64,000 bases of DNA from Leucoraja erinacea. Its lineage: Eukaryota. Position 1 is the stretch's first letter. Each line of letters starts with the position of its first letter. Shown here one piece after another: positions 23,201 through 33,100 of this stretch. The DNA is taken from contig NC_073405.1 of NCBI RefSeq assembly GCF_028641065.1, positions 4,588,001-4,652,000 of the forward strand, read 5' to 3'. The notes below the pieces were generated by a model, which did not search any database, had not been told where the DNA came from, and saw only the letters and a program-made list of their open reading frames with translations. A program made the position numbers and the translations under genes.

Positions 23201-24557
23201 AGAGAGTGGTGAATCTCTGGAACTCTCTGCCACAGAGGGTAGTTGAGGCCAGTTCATTGGCTATATTTAAGAGGGAGTTAGATGTGGCCCTTGTGGCTAA
23301 GGGGATCAGGGGGTATGGAGAGAAGGCAGGTACGGGATACTGAGTTGGATGATCAGCCATGATCATATTGAATGGCGGTGCAGGCTCGAAGGGCCGAATG
23401 GCCTACTCCTGCACCTAATTTCTATGTTTCTATGTTTCTATTACGTATGCAGCATCTATTAGAAGGTAAATTCATCGCTGCTATGCTTTCAGATACAGTA
23501 TCCTTGACTTGTGTATTGTTACACAATCTAAATGAAATGTGGGAGGATTTTTGACCCTTCTCTTCCTAGAAGTGGCCCGATCTGCTTTCGAGCATTTCTG
23601 TTATTTTTGGTGTTTGCATTAGTAAAAACTACACCTTATTGATACAATCCCCTTGTATTTCAGGCAAGGACATTCAGAACTTGCCCTCATTGGCACATTC
23701 TGTGATTGAGCATTGTAAAGAAGATATCTGCGATGACATGTACGCCAACATTGTCCTAGCTGGTGGTAATACAATGTTCAGAAACATGGGAGAGAGAATT
23801 CAACAGGAAATATCAGACCTTGTAAAACCAGGAAAGAAGGTACCTTTCTGCAATTTTCCCTTGAAGTGCAAGAATGTGCAGTGCCTTGATCTGTATGATT
23901 CCTGGACCTCCTGCTACATTTCATTACATTAGCATTCTTCCAGCAAGTGTCAAGGAAGTAAGTGTTTAAGAAGGAACTGCAGATGCTGGAAAATCGAAGG
24001 TACACAAAATTGCTGGAGAAACTCAGCGGGTGCAGCTGCATCTATGGAGCGAAGGAAATAGGCAACGTTTCGGGCCGAAACCCTTCCGGGTTTCGGCCCG
24101 AATCGTTGCCTATTTCCTTCCCGGAACGTTGCCTATTTCCTTCCAGGAACGTTGCCCATTTCCTTCGCTCCATAGATGCTGCTGCACCCGCTGAGTTTCT
24201 CCAGCATTTTTGTGTAACAAGGGAAGTAAGTTACTGTAAGCTATTTAACAGCATTTATTTCAGCTGGAGTACTTACTGTAGGCATATTTGTATGCTGTAA
24301 TTAAATTAAAAAGTCAAAGATAAATCCTCTAAGATGCATTCCAAAATGCTGTTATTTGTAAATATCAGTATCCCTCCTTTGACATATTTCTTTCTCTCCT
24401 TTGATAGGTGAAGGTTCTTGCACCTTCCGACAGGAAGTACCTTTCATGGAAAGGAGCATCCATTTTGGCAGGTCTCTCCACTTTCCACCACATGTGTATA
24501 GCACGCCAAGATTTTGAAGAGTATGGAGCGACTGCTTTGTACAGGAAATTAGTTTAG
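10998..24557 (+). CDS. Divergent actin-related protein with N-terminal MGCASS extension (9 exons, 539 aa)
   Basis: join(10998-11220,13974-14195,15154-15398,17070-17228,18927-19029,19880-20026,21842-22036,23664-23839,24408-24557) = 1620 nt. All introns GT-AG, phases 1,1,0,0,1,1,1,0 consistent. Actin motifs IIDNGSGLIKAG, FPSVVGRP, YVGEEAQ, IQAVLAL, VIDSG, IKEKFCYVALDFE, YELPDGQ, NIVLAGGNTMF, WKGASILA. Joining exons 1-2 to the actin exons is inferred from phase and splice sites. Confidence 0.88.
11281..11495. repeat. Hairpin copy of the Penelope-like repeat with two 33-bp units
   Basis: Inverted arms with an internal tandem duplication. Confidence 0.8.
11575..11830 (+). mobile_element. tRNA-derived SINE (partial)
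   Basis: Same family core TGTGGAGTTTGCACGTTCTCC...CCCACACTCCAAAGACGT. Confidence 0.75.
13974..14195 (+). CDS. actin-related gene exon 2 (acidic linker)
   Basis: Acceptor ttttttgattaacAG, open frame DNGNINNKTLGEEDCG...LLMRHE, donor AAG|GTGAG, phase 1-1. Confidence 0.72.
14390..14910 (-). mobile_element. CR1-clade LINE 3' fragment
   Basis: IEGVQRRFTRLIPGM...RRLRGDLIETYK on -. Confidence 0.9.
15154..15398 (+). CDS. actin-related gene exon 3 (phosphate-1 loop, D-loop)
   Basis: PVIIDNGSGLIKAG...YVGEEAQRKRSILQLI, donor GTAAGT at 15399. Confidence 0.9.
15577..15993 (+). mobile_element. Rex1/Babar-like LINE 3' fragment
   Basis: EKVIGCNLPSIDELY...DPSHPG...LPSGRRLR; AATAA plus (CTTA)n tail. Confidence 0.8.
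17070..17228 (+). CDS. actin-related gene exon 4
   Basis: [27 protein letters not shown]...NREKTTE, AG/GT flanks. Confidence 0.92.
18005..18640 (+). mobile_element. CR1-clade LINE 3' fragment (young)
   Basis: LYRVLVRPHLEYCVQFWSP...; (GTTTCTAT)n tail. Confidence 0.92.
18666..18885. repeat. Hairpin copy of the Penelope-like repeat
   Basis: Inverted arms; GAAGGAAATAGGCAAC repeated three times. Confidence 0.8.
18927..19029 (+). CDS. actin-related gene exon 5
   Basis: ILFEAFQVPSLLLGIQAVLALHSTGRVSGTVIDS, AG/GT flanks. Confidence 0.92.
19323..19800. mobile_element. Degraded non-autonomous DNA element, terminus similar to the 41998 MITE
   Basis: Starts GCCCATGTCCCACTT with internal GTCGTAGG subrepeats; right end unclear. 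Confidence 0.4.
19880..20026 (+). CDS. actin-related gene exon 6
   Basis: GSAVTHVVPIFEG...LGGEDLTEHLM...SFTSK, AG/GT flanks. Confidence 0.92.
20097..20372 (-). mobile_element. CR1-clade LINE short 3' fragment
   Basis: Reverse complement of the same 3' end. Confidence 0.8.
20930..21210 (-). mobile_element. tRNA-derived SINE
   Basis: Reverse complement of the SINE family core. Confidence 0.75.
21842..22036 (+). CDS. actin-related gene exon 7 (absent from ORF track)
   Basis: Hand translation AGLDIIRNIKEKFCYVALDFETE...YELPDGQNMIITNQKFSCPEVMFKPFLI, AG/GT flanks. Confidence 0.93.
22880..23439 (+). mobile_element. CR1-clade LINE 3' fragment (young)
   Basis: Intact ORF2 C-terminus 22939-23343 and (GTTTCTAT)n tail. 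Confidence 0.92.
23664..23839 (+). CDS. actin-related gene exon 8
   Basis: GKDIQNLP...MYANIVLAGGNTMFRNMGERIQQEI...PGKK, AG/GT flanks. Confidence 0.92.
23962..24214. repeat. Hairpin copy of the Penelope-like repeat
   Basis: Inverted arms; CGTTGCCYATTTCCTTC repeated three times. Confidence 0.8.
24408..24557 (+). CDS. actin-related gene exon 9 (terminal)
   Basis: VKVLAPSDRKYLSWKGASILAGLSTF...EEYGATALYRKLV*, TAG at 24555-24557. Confidence 0.92.
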   Translation: MKVLAPSDRKYLSWKGASILAGLSTFHHMCIARQDFEEYGATALYRKLV

Positions 24558-26179
24558 CAACAGATGAAAATGCAAATCCAAAAATCTGTTGTAAACAAGT
24601 TATTCACCGGTTTCTTTTTGTTGTGCCAGCACAGCCAGCATTTAATATTATTACACATCTTTAGATTGGCAACAGCAAATGCCACTGGAACTATTCAACA
24701 TCTCACTGGCTGAGATTTGGCCATCAGCTAGTTCAGAGTTGTATCATATTTATAACTTGGGATCAGCTGTATCATTAACAGCTCAAGTATTTTCACTCGA
24801 CCGCCAGTGCTGGAGCCTGCATTTACACCAGTGCACAATTTAAAATCCCATTCTACCTCTAACTTTATACCAAACTCTAACTTATACGGGCTCCTCCACT
24901 TATTTGTAGACTATTGAAAGTATATTCATGAGATATAGGAATGAACAACATTCAAAATTAAACAAAGGGACTCCTTCCCAGACTCCCACCTATTTCTTCT
25001 CTGACCTGAAATGTTACCTCTACATGGTCTCCAGCGGTGCCATCTGATTTGCTGTGTTACTCCAGCACTTTGTGTTCCTTATTTCTACATTCAAAATGAA
25101 ACCACCGGAATACTACTTTTTCCCCCCACAATTTGAGACATCTTAGAAGTTTAACAGTTTATGACTGTTCTGTACTTGGTATTTGTAACTATAGACACTC
25201 CAAATCTCAGGACCATAAACATATCTGTCTCTGTTCAAACTTATACATAGAAACATAGAAAATAGGTGCAGGAGGAGGCCATTCGGCCCTTCGAGCCAGC
25301 ACCGCCATCCATTGTGATCATGGCTGATCGTCCCCAATCAATAACCCATGCCTGCCTTCTCCCTTGATTATAGAAACATACAATTCTGTACACAAACTAA
25401 AAACTTACCTTCAAATCAATGTGTAACTGTGTGGCTTTTTGATGGAGGAGGGTTACTCAAATTACTGACCAGCAGAAATGGACTAGTAATGGGAGTTTAA
25501 AGTCTTAGTTTTCTAACATGCAGTATTTACAGCTAACAGAGTTCAGAGTAAATTTTGTTTCCACAGGTATGTGGCTAACATAGAATCTTAATCTGAGCTA
25601 ATGGCAATTGCAAGAAAACTAGTTTGGAACAAGACATTGTGATAATATAAATTCCTCAGATTTGCTCTATATTACAGGTTTCAGAATGCTTTAGTAACTG
25701 AGACCAAGCAGGTGCTATTACCATTCCCTGCAAAGCTTCAGAATAATTGAGCATATTTCCAGAGTCTGTAACTAGAAACTGATGTTGAGTGAATTATGAC
25801 AGATCAGGATGTTTAGGCCACAGGCTTGTAATTGAAGTGGAAAACTGGCATCCATATCTATTCAAATTTCAATTAAAAGTCATTCAATTAAAATAGGAAG
25901 GAATAAGTCCTTCTAATTATTTTGAATTTCACAATTCTGGATAGGCTGGGACTATTTTCTTTGGTGTACGAGGCTGAGGGGTGACCTATTGAGGTGTACA
26001 ATATCTGAGGGGCATGGAATGTTCAGTCCTTTTCGCCCCAGAGTAGAGAATTTAAAACTAGAGCACATAAGTTCCAGGTGAGAGGGGAGAGATTTAAGAG
26101 GATCCTCAGGGGGCAACTTTCTTCACTCAGATGGTATACGACTCAGTTCCTATCTGGACTGGGCTGCCAAATAGAAGTC

Positions 26180-26372
26180 TGTAGGGAGGAACTGCAGATG
26201 CTCTTTTATATCGTAGACACAAAGTGCTGGAGGGCACATAATGCTGAAAGTCGCAAAATGGGTGACGTTTCGGGTCGAGTCTGAAGAAGGGTCTCGACCC
26301 GAAACGTTACCCATTCCTTCTATCCAGGTGGCTGTCTGTCCCGCTGAGTTACTCCAGAATTTTGTTTATCTT
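26180..26372. repeat. Hairpin copy of the Penelope-like repeat, core retained
   Basis: CTGAAGAAGGGTCTCGACCCGAAACGTT at 26281-26308, preceded by an inverted arm. Confidence 0.75.
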
Positions 26373-26978
26373 CAAGCTATAGAAGTAGATCCAATTACGG
26401 CTTTTAAAAGACATTTGGACAGATATGGCTAGGAAGGGTTTAGAGGGATTTGTATCTATGTCAGGCAAATGGGACAAGTCCAGAATACTAACTTGGCCAG
26501 TGTGGACAAGGTGGGCCAAGGGCTGTACAGCTCTATAATTCTATTCTGCAACATAGCACCATTTCAAAACCTTATTAGTTTCCAAATTCAAGCTTACTGA
26601 AAGACAATGTGCAGCTTTGAGCAAGAATAGAAATGAATGAAATACTACCCCCGGCACAAGACAGCTGGGAGACAATCATTGTAAAGGCTGCGCATCAATA
26701 ATGGACAACTTGGGCAAAGAAAAGGCAGCTGGCATCCATCAAAACCCTGGAATTCAATCACCTCAGGAGAAAATACAAGAGAAAACCAAAGCGGACATTA
26801 AAACAAAAATCTGAGCCCTGAATGGAAAATAAGTCAATTTACTTGAAAAATTCTATTAAAAACGTTCAGAAAACATTTCTAAGCAATATATACAGTGTCT
26901 TTTGCACATCAGTAAATTTTCAATGAACATTTTCAGCTGTGTATTTCTTCATTACCAGTACAAATTAATTGCTGTTAT

Positions 26979-27105
26979 TCAGGCGAGACTAATAGGGAAT
27001 TTACGCCATAGTCCACCACACAGACAGTTCTTGATCCACCTTTGTTCCCACTGTTTAACCGCTGTCGATTTGTTTGGTGATTTCAGCATGGTGTTGCATC
27101 CGCAT
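26979..27105 (-). CDS. MED16: MED16 last coding exon
   Basis: [41 protein letters not shown]. Confidence 0.94.
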
Positions 27106-30100
27106 CTATTTAAAAGATGGAAGTTTTAATCAGAGACACTAAAATCTAGAGAGAATGGAATAAAAAGGTGTTCTAGCGTCAAAGTCATACAGCATGGAGA
27201 CAGGCCCTTTGGCCCAGTTTACCCACGCCGACCAAGGTGCCCCATTTACACTAATCCTAACTATTGAGAAAACAAGTCTGCTTTAAGTTGCGGCGACAGG
27301 GAGGGGTGACGAGAGCAGAGGCAATATCTGTAATAGGGTGCAGACCACAGTTGTCCAGCCATCTTTTTGAGAGATGTTTGAGGACAGTTAGAAAGAAGAA
27401 AATCAAAATAACATGCTGGAAGTGAGAGGGGCAGAATGTTGCAGTTATCAGAAGTGCTGAAACAAAAAGCAATACAGCAAATACTTGGCAGAATCTCTGG
27501 GGGGAAGAGTTGATTTCACATCTAGATAAGCTTAAATCAAACTGATCAGTTTCAAAACTGGTTATTTGAAATTGTTGAATTCAGGCTGGTTATCTGAAAT
27601 AGTTGAATTCAATATCGAGTCCCAGGGGGGGAGGCTGAAAATTCCTGACCACAATTGAGTGAAGAATAAGAATTAATTCAGTTCCATAGAGACTGATCAT
27701 TTGATTATTTTAAAAATACTAGCTACAAATTGTATCACAGTTTATTTGCCAAATGACAGCTTGATAGACACTGAGAGAGCATCACTGATGAACACACAAG
27801 AAGTCTGTTTGCTTAACCAAAATGTAAACCTGTTCTAATACAGGCAATCCAAATCCAACCCGAGTGAAAGCAGTTACACAGTTCCCTCCATAATGTTTGG
27901 GACAAAAACCCATCATTTATTTATTTGCCTCTGTACTCCACAATTTGAGAATTGTAATAGAAAACATCACATGTGGTTAAAGTGCACATTGTCAGATTTT
28001 AATAAAGGCTATTTTTTATACATTTTGGTTTTACCATGTAAAAATTACAGCTGTGTTTATACATAGCCCCCCCCATTTCAGGGGACCATAATGTTTGGGA
28101 CACAGCAATGTCATGTAAATTAAAGTAGTCATGTTTAGTATTTTGTTGCATATCCTTTGCAAGCAATGACTGCTTGGAGTTTGCGATTCAAGGACACCAC
28201 CAGTTGCAGGGTATCTTTTCTGGTGATGCTTTGCCAGGCCTGTATTGCAGCCATCTTTAGCTTATGCTTGTTTTGGGGGCTAGTCCCGTTCAGTTTTCTC
28301 TTCAGCATGTAAAAGGCATGTATACATTTGGGTTCAGATTGGGCGATTGACGACCACTCAAGAATTGACCATTTTTTAGCTTTGAAAAACTTCTTTGTTG
28401 CTTTAGCAATATGTTTGGGATCATTGTCTTGCTGTAGAATGAACTGCCGGCCAATGAGTTTTGAGGCTTTTTTAAAAAAAAAAAATTTAACTTGAGCAGA
28501 TAGGATGTGTCTATACGCTTCAGAATTCATTATGCTACTACCATCAGCAGTTAATAATAATAAAATTAATTTTTATAGCACTTTTCTAAGACTCAAAGTC
28601 GCTTTACAATAGTAACAGACAATAGCAAATGGAGAAGCAGCGAACAAACAGCGCCAGCGTCCTCTCCGTGCAGCACATAAAGAAAGAATACAGACATAAC
28701 AATAATAAAGACATTTAAACATAAAAACATCACCCCACAATGGTTCCCATTATGAGGGAAGGCACAAAGTCCAGTCCCCATCCCCAGTTCACCCATAGTC
28801 GGGCCTATTGAGGCCTCCACAGTTGCCTCCACGGAGGCCCGATGTTCCAGGCCGTTCTCGCCGGGTGATGGTGCTCCGGCGCCGGGAGAATCCTCACAGC
28901 GGCATGGGAACCCCGGAGACCGTGGATTCCGAAGCCAACAAGGCCGTGCCGGATGGAGCTCCGCAACTGGTGATCTCGTCGAGAGATCCCAGGCTCCTGA
29001 TGTAAAGTCGGCACCGCCGCCCGCAGCTGGCCGCTCCTCAGACCCGTAGCCGGATGTTTTTTATCATCGCTCCCACCAGCGCTGGCGACCCCGTCGAGAG
29101 ATCCCCCGCTCGGCGATGTAAAGCTCAGCACTGTGCCCGCCGCGAAGCACTGCTACTCGGACCCCGACAGGAAACGCTGCTCCATGTTTTTGGTAGGTCG
29201 TCGGGTCAAAAGTGCAGCCCGCTCGGCCTCTCCGGCCAGGTAGGGACCCTGAAGGATAGTTTCCCCCTTCCCTTCCCCCCCCCCCCCCCCCCCCACATAA
29301 AGTTTAGACCTCCAAATAAAACACACTTAACTAACTAAAAAAAAAAAAAAAAGATGAAGAGACAGACAGCTGCTGGCTGGGCAGACATGCACAGGACTGC
29401 GCCCCCAACCAAAATCAGTTTGATACAAGCAGTTGTATCATCATTGACGATAAGTGAGCCAGTACCTTCAGCAGCCAGACATGCCCAGGCCATAACATGC
29501 CCGATGCCCACCATCGTGTTTCAAAGACGAGGTGGTATGCTTTGGATCTTGGGCAGTTCCTTCTCTCCTCCATACTTTGTTCTTGCCATCACTCTAATAT
29601 AAGTTAATCTTCATCTCATCTGTCCGCAAGACCTTATTCCAGAACTGTGGTTGCTCTTTTAAGTACTTCTTGGCAAACTGTAACCTGACCATCCTATTTT
29701 TGCAGCTAACCAATGGTTTGCATCTTGCAGTGTAGCCTCTGTATTTTTGTTCATGATGTCTTCTGCGGACAGTGGTCATCGACAAATCCACACCCGACTC
29801 CAGAGGACTGTTTCTGATCTGTTGGACAGGTGTTTGGGGAATGTAGAGTTCTTCTGTCATCAGCTGTGGAGATCTTCCTTGGTCTGCCCCTTTGTGATTA
29901 GTTAGCTCACCAGTACTCCTTTTCTTCTTAATGATGTTCCAAACAATTGATTTTGGTAATTCTAAAGTTTGGCTGATGTCTCTAGACTCGAGACTCGTGG
30001 GGGCGGGAGCGACTACCTTCCCGTGCAGGTCTATAGCACCAGCCCACTGCACAAACAAACATTATGGTGCCCTGAAATGGGGGGACCATGTATAAACACA

Positions 30101-33100
30101 GCTGTAATTTCTGCATGGTGAAACCAAACTGTATAAAAATACCCTTTAATAAAATCTGACAATGTGCACTTTAGGTACATGTGATTTTTTTCTATTACAA
30201 ATCTCAAATTGTGGAGTACAGAGGCAAATAAATAAATGATGGGTTTTTGTCCCAAACATTATGGAGAGCACTGTAATACTTTCCATACCCAATCCAACTT
30301 GGCTATCAACTTTTAACGTAAAAACCTTCATCATGTTTTTGATCTGTCTGAGATTGAAACACAAAGGGTTTCAATATAAAGCGATAGAATGCAATCACTT
30401 GGACCTGGATAACTGCTTAGACAAGTTGGCACAACACAGCCCACATGTTTTATCAGAACCTGCACCTGATTTGACCTGATCCAGTCGGGATTGCGTCTCA
30501 TAACCAGGCTCTAGTGTACATATTTCAATGGTGTTTAGCTAAACTGATGTCTGCAATTTGTCACTGATCAAGTTGAACTCTTCCACAAATAAGATTCTTG
30601 TCTTTATATTTGCTTACCTGGTGCAGGATTTGGTTTCTTCTGTTGGGCAAACTCCTAAATTAAGTCGTCTTAAATTGTCCATCTTCTGATACCCAGGTGA
30701 CCTGAACATCAGGTAAAATGATGGTGTAGTAATTGCATTCACATGAAGTAGAACATTGATGGTGTAATAGTCTACCTATCCTATCCCCACTTTTTAAAAT
30801 CATACTTCACAATTCAATTGGATGAAGGAAATGTATCCCTGCTTCAATGTGTTGGTTGAGGCTGACAAGTGAAAGCGATTCTGATTGTATTAGTACAACG
30901 TTTACCCAAGGTGGTTGCACATCTGCAAAGATACATCTCAATTGGATTTCTAGGGTGAGAAATACTCAGTTACGGAACCTTGCAGGCAGCACTTCCCCCA
31001 TAGCTACTCCTCATACCCACTTCTCCACAAGATTATGAATGAGTATTTGTGGACAGGGAAGATTAAGACAATGGTGGAACAGATGAATGGAAATCAAACC
31101 AATGGGATTCCTCTTCCCAGATCTCAATGAACAGATCTCAACTGGGATAGAGAGCAATGTTTGCAATGTAAAAATCTGCAACGTACATCAATGCTACCTG
31201 TTGCTGCTTCTTTCCCAGTCAATGGAGATTATTTAAACTAGTTCCAAAAACTATGGAAGTCACTATTAACAGTAATTAACACAACCCAAGGCCTATTTAC
31301 AATCCAATGTCATCACAAAACTAACACCATTGGCTATATTTTAATGATCTAATCAATATTGATTAATTAACAATGGGTAATTTGTGATGATAATGCATCA
31401 AAGTCAACATAGGCAGAACGGGGTAGGATTCTCTTTGTAAATAAGACATTCCAATTACCTTGCAAAGATATCAAGCTGCGTGGTTGCAAAGTGGCTAGGC
31501 ACGCTGACTGGTTTTCCAAACTGTAGCTTTAGTGGCTGTTTGCTCTGTAACTTGCCAATAATTCCATCATTCACTGGTAGCCAATCCATGCTGGGAACCA
31601 GCAGCTGGCTGGGAAGCAGACAACATTCATCGATCAGATTGTCATCGGGTTCAGTCATATGGTTCTCATCTCTACCTGGAAAAAATGGTCGATGAGAAAC
31701 GTTAACATTTATAAAAACAACACATTTATATGAACTTATTGACCCCACAAGTTCTCTACACGTGCAAAACAAACCTTTAATATGGATGTCACAATTGTGA
31801 TGAAAAACATTAGCAATGGGGAAGAAACATTTTAATTTGCTTGTGATTATTCCATGCAGATCCTATCAGTGGAAATCATTGCATGATAAGGGTGGGAGAT
31901 TGCAGCCTTAAGGTGGTCTACCCCGTTTCGACTAATGCAATTAACCCGACGTGCACAAACAAATAGATGTAGTGTTTTGGTGTCTGCAACTTTAGGCTGT
32001 GCACGCCATACGCAAGAAGATAATTGTAAAAATCACAAAAGGTTCAATGGAATCAAGGCTGAAAAATGAAGCAGCAGGTACATCGTCGCATTATGTTTTC
32101 AACTCTCTCCCAATAATGTGACTTCTGCAGACAAGTTCAAGTTCAAGTGAGTTTATTGTCATGTGTCCCTGTATAGGACAATGAAATTCTTGCTTTGCTT
32201 AAGCACACAGAAAATAGTAGGCATTTACTACAAATCAGATAAATGTGTCCATATACCATGATATAAATATATACACAACCATCCTAAGTCGATCAGTGCT
32301 CATAAAATGTTTGTATTTAGTCCCTCATTTCTCCTCTACAAAGGGCATTAACCAGTGAGGGGGTCTCACTAAAAAGGCTCTCCAATAATCTACAGGAGTG
32401 AAATGGTGGTCCAAGTGATGTGCATTTCTGAGATTCAAGGGTGTAATCAGCTGCTTGGAAGATAACACACAAGGAAATAGTTTCTTCTCACTAGTGCAAA
32501 GGCAAAGATAAGTAGTGAACAAATTGTCAAAAACATGGATCATTGCCGAAAACATATACGTTGCTGAGAATGTGGTAGTCCCAGGAGTGATTCGCCGCTA
32601 ATTTCTTAAGAGCTAATGTGGGATGGACAATCCCAATTGTCAACAACACACCCCATAAATTATTTTTTTTAAATCAATAAACCGTTTCATTTTTCATATT
32701 CATGTACATTCATGCATTCCATTCCATACTCTATGCCTATATGACTTGTAATTTTCTGAAAACCATCAGTTATTGCATTGCACATTCATACCAATTAGGT
32801 TACTGCTATTCAATTAAGATTCTTCTCCAGAGATGCTGCCTGTTCTACCGAGTTGCTCCAGCATTTAGTGTCTTTCTTAGGTTTCTGCTGTGGTCTGTCC
32901 TGTGCCTCCATGTTCATTGGTAGCATTCATACAGATCAGTCAGATCAAATATCACTCTTATAATCAATCTAGGCTAAATGGATATTATGGCCAGAGGACA
33001 CTGCAGAGTATAATTCCAAATCAATCCAAATTTGCTGTGTTGCATTACCCCAATTTAAGAACTATTCAAGAATTAGCCACTGAGCATACGCGACAATAAA

